Source: Nemertoderma westbladi
Taxonomy: Eukaryota > Animalia > Xenacoelomorpha
Direction: 5' to 3'
Assembly: GCA_032718475.1 (NCBI GenBank)
Contig: JAUCBJ010001416.1
Span: 101,361-165,360 of the forward strand
Length of the DNA stretch: 64,000 bases
Each line of letters opens with the position of its first letter. Within the stretch, counting starts at the first letter, position 1. Below the pieces are notes generated by a model. It worked only from the letters and a program-made list of their open reading frames with translations, was not told where the DNA came from and searched no databases. Below are positions 58,389 to 64,000 of the stretch, piece by piece. The position numbers and the translations under genes are program-made.

Positions 58389-59603
58389 GCCCTCTGGAGT
58401 AAAGGCGGGTTTAAACGTGGGAACATTAGTCCAGCTTTGTCATAGAAATTTGGTGAGCAACTGAGATTGGCGATCACGTTGTTGTACCCGTCGTTAATCA
58501 CAAATCAATATGAAATTAATTGCTGACCAAGTTGCCAAAAATGTTCCGTCTGTAAACCGGCAATTTATTGATCCTATAAGAATTAAAGAAATCTTCACGA
58601 AAATTAATGTTATCTCTGCGTTTCAAGTATAAATATGATAAATTAGAAAAAAAAAATTAGCAGTGAAATAGCCAACCAGAATGTTAATTTTCATACAAAG
58701 AGGTTGCTTTCACTCTCTCATCCAAGAGACTCAATAAATGTTTTATGTGGAATACAAAAAATCATTGCGATGGTGAGAATAACGGTACCTACAAAGTGGA
58801 AATGTTAATTTCAAATCGGAAATTATAAAATGCGGATTTGTCAACTTTATCCCATGTTTATTACAAAACTTTTGAGGTCATCTGATTGTGACATACCCGT
58901 TTTTATCTGTACGTACATGCACTTTTTGATTACTATGTAACAGGGTATCATGAAACAGCGCAAACCTGTAAGAATTAGTAAGTTGGTAGTGCTACAAACG
59001 GATTCACTCCCCTACAAAACACACCACCCCGAAACATATATTTATAAAGTAATAAATAATTAGATTCATCGGTGAAATACGAGTTGTAACGAAATAAAGT
59101 TATACAATGGCGAGAAAAAATTACTATTTAAATCATTGCTTAAAAAGTATATTTTTTCAGTACCGCCGCGGTATCAGGGTGCCCACATCCAGGAATGTAA
59201 TATCTATGGTGCGCGAAAATTGTGAAGTCTACAGTATCTATTTGTCTGAGCACCGGTGTAACTGTGCAATATCGACAATCTCAACACATTTTTGAAATGC
59301 AAGGGTCCCTTACCTGCTTATTTTCTTTCTCAAAAAATCGATGGTGCGCGGAGCCCCGCGCCCCTATTGTGGATCCGCGCCTGATCAGATATGACCAGAG
59401 TCTATTTATGAACCAAAGCGAGCGCAGCGCAAGGGTTTGAATTTCTATAGCTGGACACATCGCTGCGGAACAACTCCGCAACATTGCGAAACAAATTTCG
59501 ATAGGAGGTTTCTGTTTAAGAGGAAGTAAAATATAAAATTATTTGAGTACTTGTACGGGTATTATTTCTTTTTTGAGTGTTGTGTTCTTCATTGTTTCCG
59601 TCG

Positions 59604-59942
59604 GTTGTACGGCAATTCGGTCTCGGGCAATTCGTAATCGGTCCCGGACAACACGATCCCGGACGATTTGGTCACAAGACACTAATTAAATGGGACCGAT
59701 TAAATTGTCCGGGACCGAATTGTCCGGGACCAAACTGTCCGGGACCGAATTGTCGGTGATCGTATTGTCTGTGACCGAATTGTCCGGGACGGAATTGTCC
59801 GTGATCGTATTATCTGGGACCGAATTGTCCGGGACGGAATTGTCCGTGACCGTATTGTCTGGGACCGAATTGTCCGGGACCAAATTGTCCGGGACCGAAT
59901 TGTCCGTGATCGTATTGTCTGGGACCGAATTGTCCTGTTTCC
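59604..59942. repeat. 15-bp repeat array (GGGACCGAATTGTCC) with an inverted left arm; MITE-like
   Basis: Array at ~59692-59935; degenerate inverted copies at 59610-59675. Confidence 0.8.
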
Positions 59943-61223
59943 GTTTGCACTGTTAGGATGATAAGTTGAAATAACTTATCTTTAGTCTTACCTTTATCTT
60001 TATTATATATCACAAAATAGGTGATTCCTGGTTTCCATGTTGTAATTTTGGAAATACGCAGTTGGATGAATCTACAACATTTCTAACTACTGCATAACTT
60101 TATATTATATAAATTCTGTTAACAACATAACATTAAAATATATGATAAACTACCATTACTTATTATAATATTACTTATGGAGAAAATATTATTAATATTA
60201 TTATTTTGCTCCTATATAAGTCGTATTATAAAATAATCGTCACTATTGAGAAATGTGAACAATATTGTATATTTGTGAGTGTGAAGTGGGATGGTTGGGC
60301 CTTGAGCCCCACTACAATTACATTACAATTGTTTGTATTAATCGGTAATCACTGGTCCCAGTGATTACCATAAAGGGCCTTCCATCACGTCCCCATCTCA
60401 ATCTCAAATAATATTACAGGCTGTTTGTTTTGTTAAATATTTTTATATGGCTGAATTTCAATAAAGTTTTAAGTTTGAGTGCTCATATTATTTAGTTAAT
60501 TAAATTGTTGCGCCCCCTAAGTACTCTGCGCCTAGGAGCATTGTCCCCCCCCCCCCCCTCCCCCCTTTGACCGCCGCTGCCTCAGCAACCCCTAGCACAA
60601 ACATCCCTTGTTGAACTTTTCTTTACCAGACCCCCCCCCCCCCCCCCCCCAGATCATCTTGAATTTGTTATAGCCGTATTTGATTGAAACATTTATAATT
60701 ATTTAAGAGATATATTGAGAGCTATACAAAGAAAGCAACTCAAATTCATCCTAATGAGCTCTGGAATGTAGATCATAAAACAGGGCAGCAGGTGTATATA
60801 TAGTGGTGTTAATTTCCTGGTTATTGTGCCAGGTATGTTGTATGTTTGTCCCTGCGGTAAACCGAGTCAGTTAGTAGCAAACACGCACTGTTACGCAGCT
60901 GTTTTGGGACCCATTTAGTTACGGTTTAATCCTCTGTAACTGGCAATTATGGGCAGCGGAACTGTTGTAATTGTAAGGCGATAGCAATCACCTGTAAGTG
61001 CACTTCTTTATGCGGTGTGCCCCAGGGTGTGCGGTTAAGAGAGAAAGGCCTTTATATCGAATTCGAATAGCCCCGGGGCAGGATTTATTTCATTCAGGTT
61101 TATCAAGCGGTCGCGTGTGCTAAGGAAATATTTGTTTCTATTGCGTGACAAGCGCCTGTAACATTCCTGTCTATTACAATAGGTTTATCGTTTAATCTAA
61201 ATGTTGACTATTCCGTTTTGAAC

Positions 61224-61388
61224 GGTTGGGTGCAACCTTCGCCCGCGTCCAATCTTCGCCCGCGTCCAAACTTCGTCCGGATTAAACATTCGCCCGCAAG
61301 GCATTCTTCGCCCATTAAACCATTTTCAAACTAAAACAATATTGTTTAGTGGGCGAAGCTTTCTCGCGGGCGAAGTTTGCTGCGTACT
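61224..61388. mobile_element. 165-bp MULE-like MITE
   Basis: 9-bp TSD GTTTTGAAC (61215-61223, 61389-61397); inverted TTCGCCC/GGGCGAA repeats. Confidence 0.82.
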
Positions 61389-61402
61389 GTTTTGAACAGG
61401 TT

Positions 61403-61474
61403 GCGTGCCGCGTGCGACTGCCGCGTGCCGCGTGCGACTGCCGCGTGCCGCGTGCGACTGCCGCGTGCGACTGC
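61403..61474. repeat. 20-bp GC-rich tandem repeat
   Basis: (CGTGCCGCGTGCGACTGCCG) about 3.5 copies. Confidence 0.85.
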
Positions 61475-64000
61475 TTCGATGACAGGGGGTGCAGGATGTC
61501 ACTAAATTACGAACACCCTCAAAAACAGAAAACCAAAATTACATCAAAGTTGTATCAAGAAATAGGCCTACTCGTCTGCATCTAAAGACAAATGTTCCTT
61601 AAAAATCTTAGAGTTTCTGATGGGTGTTTGGCGTTAATTCTGAGTATCATGATATTTACAAAGAATTGCCGAATTTGCAAGCACTTTATCTATATATTCT
61701 ACTATTTTAATTAAAATTAGACAAGTTGACTAATTACACAAAGAGTTTAAAGCTTTGACGGTTTAAACTTATTGAAGATACCTTATGCATCAACGTATGT
61801 CAGCATATCGACATATACCTTAACTTTAGTAAGATAATCCCAAAAAAAACCAGCAAGAAGATTATTTCTTTACTCCAATTATCCCGTCATATATTTTCCT
61901 TTTGAACTATTTAGTGCCATTATGTTCTTTGCGACAGGTTCTCATAGAATCTCATTGAGATTAAAGGATGTTAGTTTAAGGTGGCGAGCCTACTAATTGT
62001 TTAAGGTAAAGGGGCCGTAAGATTGCGGTATAGATTACTTGTAAGGGTGCTTACTGCGTATTAACCGAGATAGATTGTTAATCTGGCTTATATATATTTG
62101 CGTATATTGAAGATGATTTGATGACCAATTTACTGGGATTATTTGAACGCACGCTTTTGTTCCAAGGATTAGAATCCCGGGAATCTGCAATTGATGTTGA
62201 GGACATTATTTTCGCATCTGACAATTTTGACCACCTATATCTTCCAAATATATATAAAGTTAACAATTAAGTCTCTCAGTCTATGGTCTGTCTACGTATG
62301 TCTGTTTTTCTGGTACACAAAAATGACTCAAGTAAGTTAACGCCATAACTATCTTTCGTTTTCACTTTTCACAGTGTTCACTCAAAATCCTGTTTTTTGT
62401 CAAAGCGACTGTCCTTTTCATTAGTCTCAACTAACAGAAACTCTCAAACACTGATAGGCAGAGTTATTAACCTACTAATCAAATTGAATAGTTAATAGAC
62501 ACCATTGACCAGCCCAGTGTCAGATCAGATAAAGCTGGTTTTGTCCGTCTGTCAGTTTATTCGAAACGCAGAATATCTCAAAACATATCCATGCGCTACG
62601 CATGGATATGTTGATAGCAAATTTTCCCAGATTATTGAGTCTGAATCTCTACATATATTAACGGCTACGCAACTATTTTCCTAACTGACAATAGCTGGAT
62701 CTCCGGCTACGACCGTTCAGGTAATTAATTGTTCAGACTGATCAAACATTTCGCCAGAAGTTGAATTCGGAACCAGATTGTGTAGGAGCATGCGCGAATT
62801 TTAGCGATCTGAGTGGATCAGTTGTTCAAAAATATTATGAGTAGTTGTTTAATAGTTAACCAACCGTTTTGTTTATTTAAAAGCCACAAAATCTATATTT
62901 TTTTAAAGTCTAAAAGAGGAGCGGTTACAGCCCAGCCATAGTCTTCGCCATTCCTAATACCGAGTCTCGCAACAGTATCGAAGACGTCGACCACAAGGAA
63001 CCAATTCAGAGTGATTTATATCTTTCTGTGGGTAACCCACCCATGCTCCCCCCAGCATACAACTCATACCAGAACGGGTTTTTATACTTGGAATACCTAT
63101 AATATGATGACGGAGATAAGATATTACATCCCTTGTTAATGTTACTGTAATAATAATTATACTATAATGCTGATGTTGATAAATTAACGAATGGAAAGGT
63201 ACATGAGCTGGGGTTATGGACTCTAGCAGAGGTACATTTACAATTAAAGGTGCTGTTTCACCTCCCATTTGGGATAACATGTAGACCTACTTTTAGATTG
63301 TAAAATAATTATCATGCTACCAGTAAAAAAGTGTAGCCTGTAATGCATACTCCAATTGCAAATTTGCGAACCGAGAACATTTTATTAAATCGCGTGATAC
63401 AGTGGGTCTTCGACTGAGCTACCACAGCTAATAGTAAAGCTTATTAACAAATGTTCGCACAAGATACTAAATTTTGTCATCAAGCAAAAACATTTATATG
63501 AGACCTTTTAAGGAGTTGTAAATCTAAACATAGAAATTCTATTGAAATTATAACACAATATGTATAACACAAATTATAACTTTTTTTCTTTGCCTTGACA
63601 TATACGACCAGTCGACCACTCTATCTGCCTACCTGCAATATAATATATGACACTTCCCTCGGGAACAGGCACGTAACCTTGAGCGAGAAACAGGCCAATT
63701 GTCAAAGTAATTCCCCAAGAATGTAACTAAACTAACAGGCAATTAAAATAATCATTGCCTTTATAACTTATTCATGGTAAACTTACCATAAACTCGCGAT
63801 AAATATTTACTGCCATCACGAAGGGCCCATTACACTTTGAGTAATGACTTTGCTTTTAGGCAAGATGGGCTTTTGTGTCTAGAAGGATATGATCTTTTAG
63901 AGACGAACAAAAGCCCTTCAGAGTTGACATTTTGTAATTCCACATCGAAAGGGCCTTTCACGATTCTTAGAATTTTTTGTTTGTTGGGAATTGGGATGTT

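Noticed and set aside
59150-59500. Acceptor-like TTTTTTCAG as exon 2 of the eh1 gene
   Set aside because: The phase-compatible frame stops after about 13 codons and contains no DNA-binding domain.
62080-63280. Protein-like short frames (62080-62270 plus; 62954-63280 minus)
   Set aside because: No motif recognised, no clear splice or start context, and internal stops in the alternative frames.

Overview
Eukaryotic, AT-rich, repeat-dense animal (invertebrate-like) genomic DNA; nothing here looks prokaryotic. Host genes: MRPS34 (minus, 596 to beyond the window start, missed by the ORF track), TMED2 (minus, two exons) and PPP1R42/LRRC67 (plus, single exon), plus a probable first exon of an eh1-motif transcription factor near 57.6 kb. 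The largest feature is a young 12.8-kb BEL/Pao LTR retrotransposon (9132-21951, minus, TSD GGGGC). It has three oddities: no tRNA primer-binding site but an 11-nt Tf1-like self-priming match, an integrase catalytic core replaced in frame by a ~280-aa zinc-knuckle domain, and a frameshift inside the protease. Between 33.9 and 45.4 kb are six different non-autonomous DNA elements that all end in CAGT...ACTG with exact 5-bp TSDs, four of them nested. This signature fits no superfamily I know cleanly; Transib is closest. The remainder is hAT- and MULE/Merlin-like MITEs, RTE and CR1 LINE relics, a tRNA-derived SINE and several minisatellites, one of which has expanded inside a copy of that SINE. 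All calls are by eye; no searches were run.
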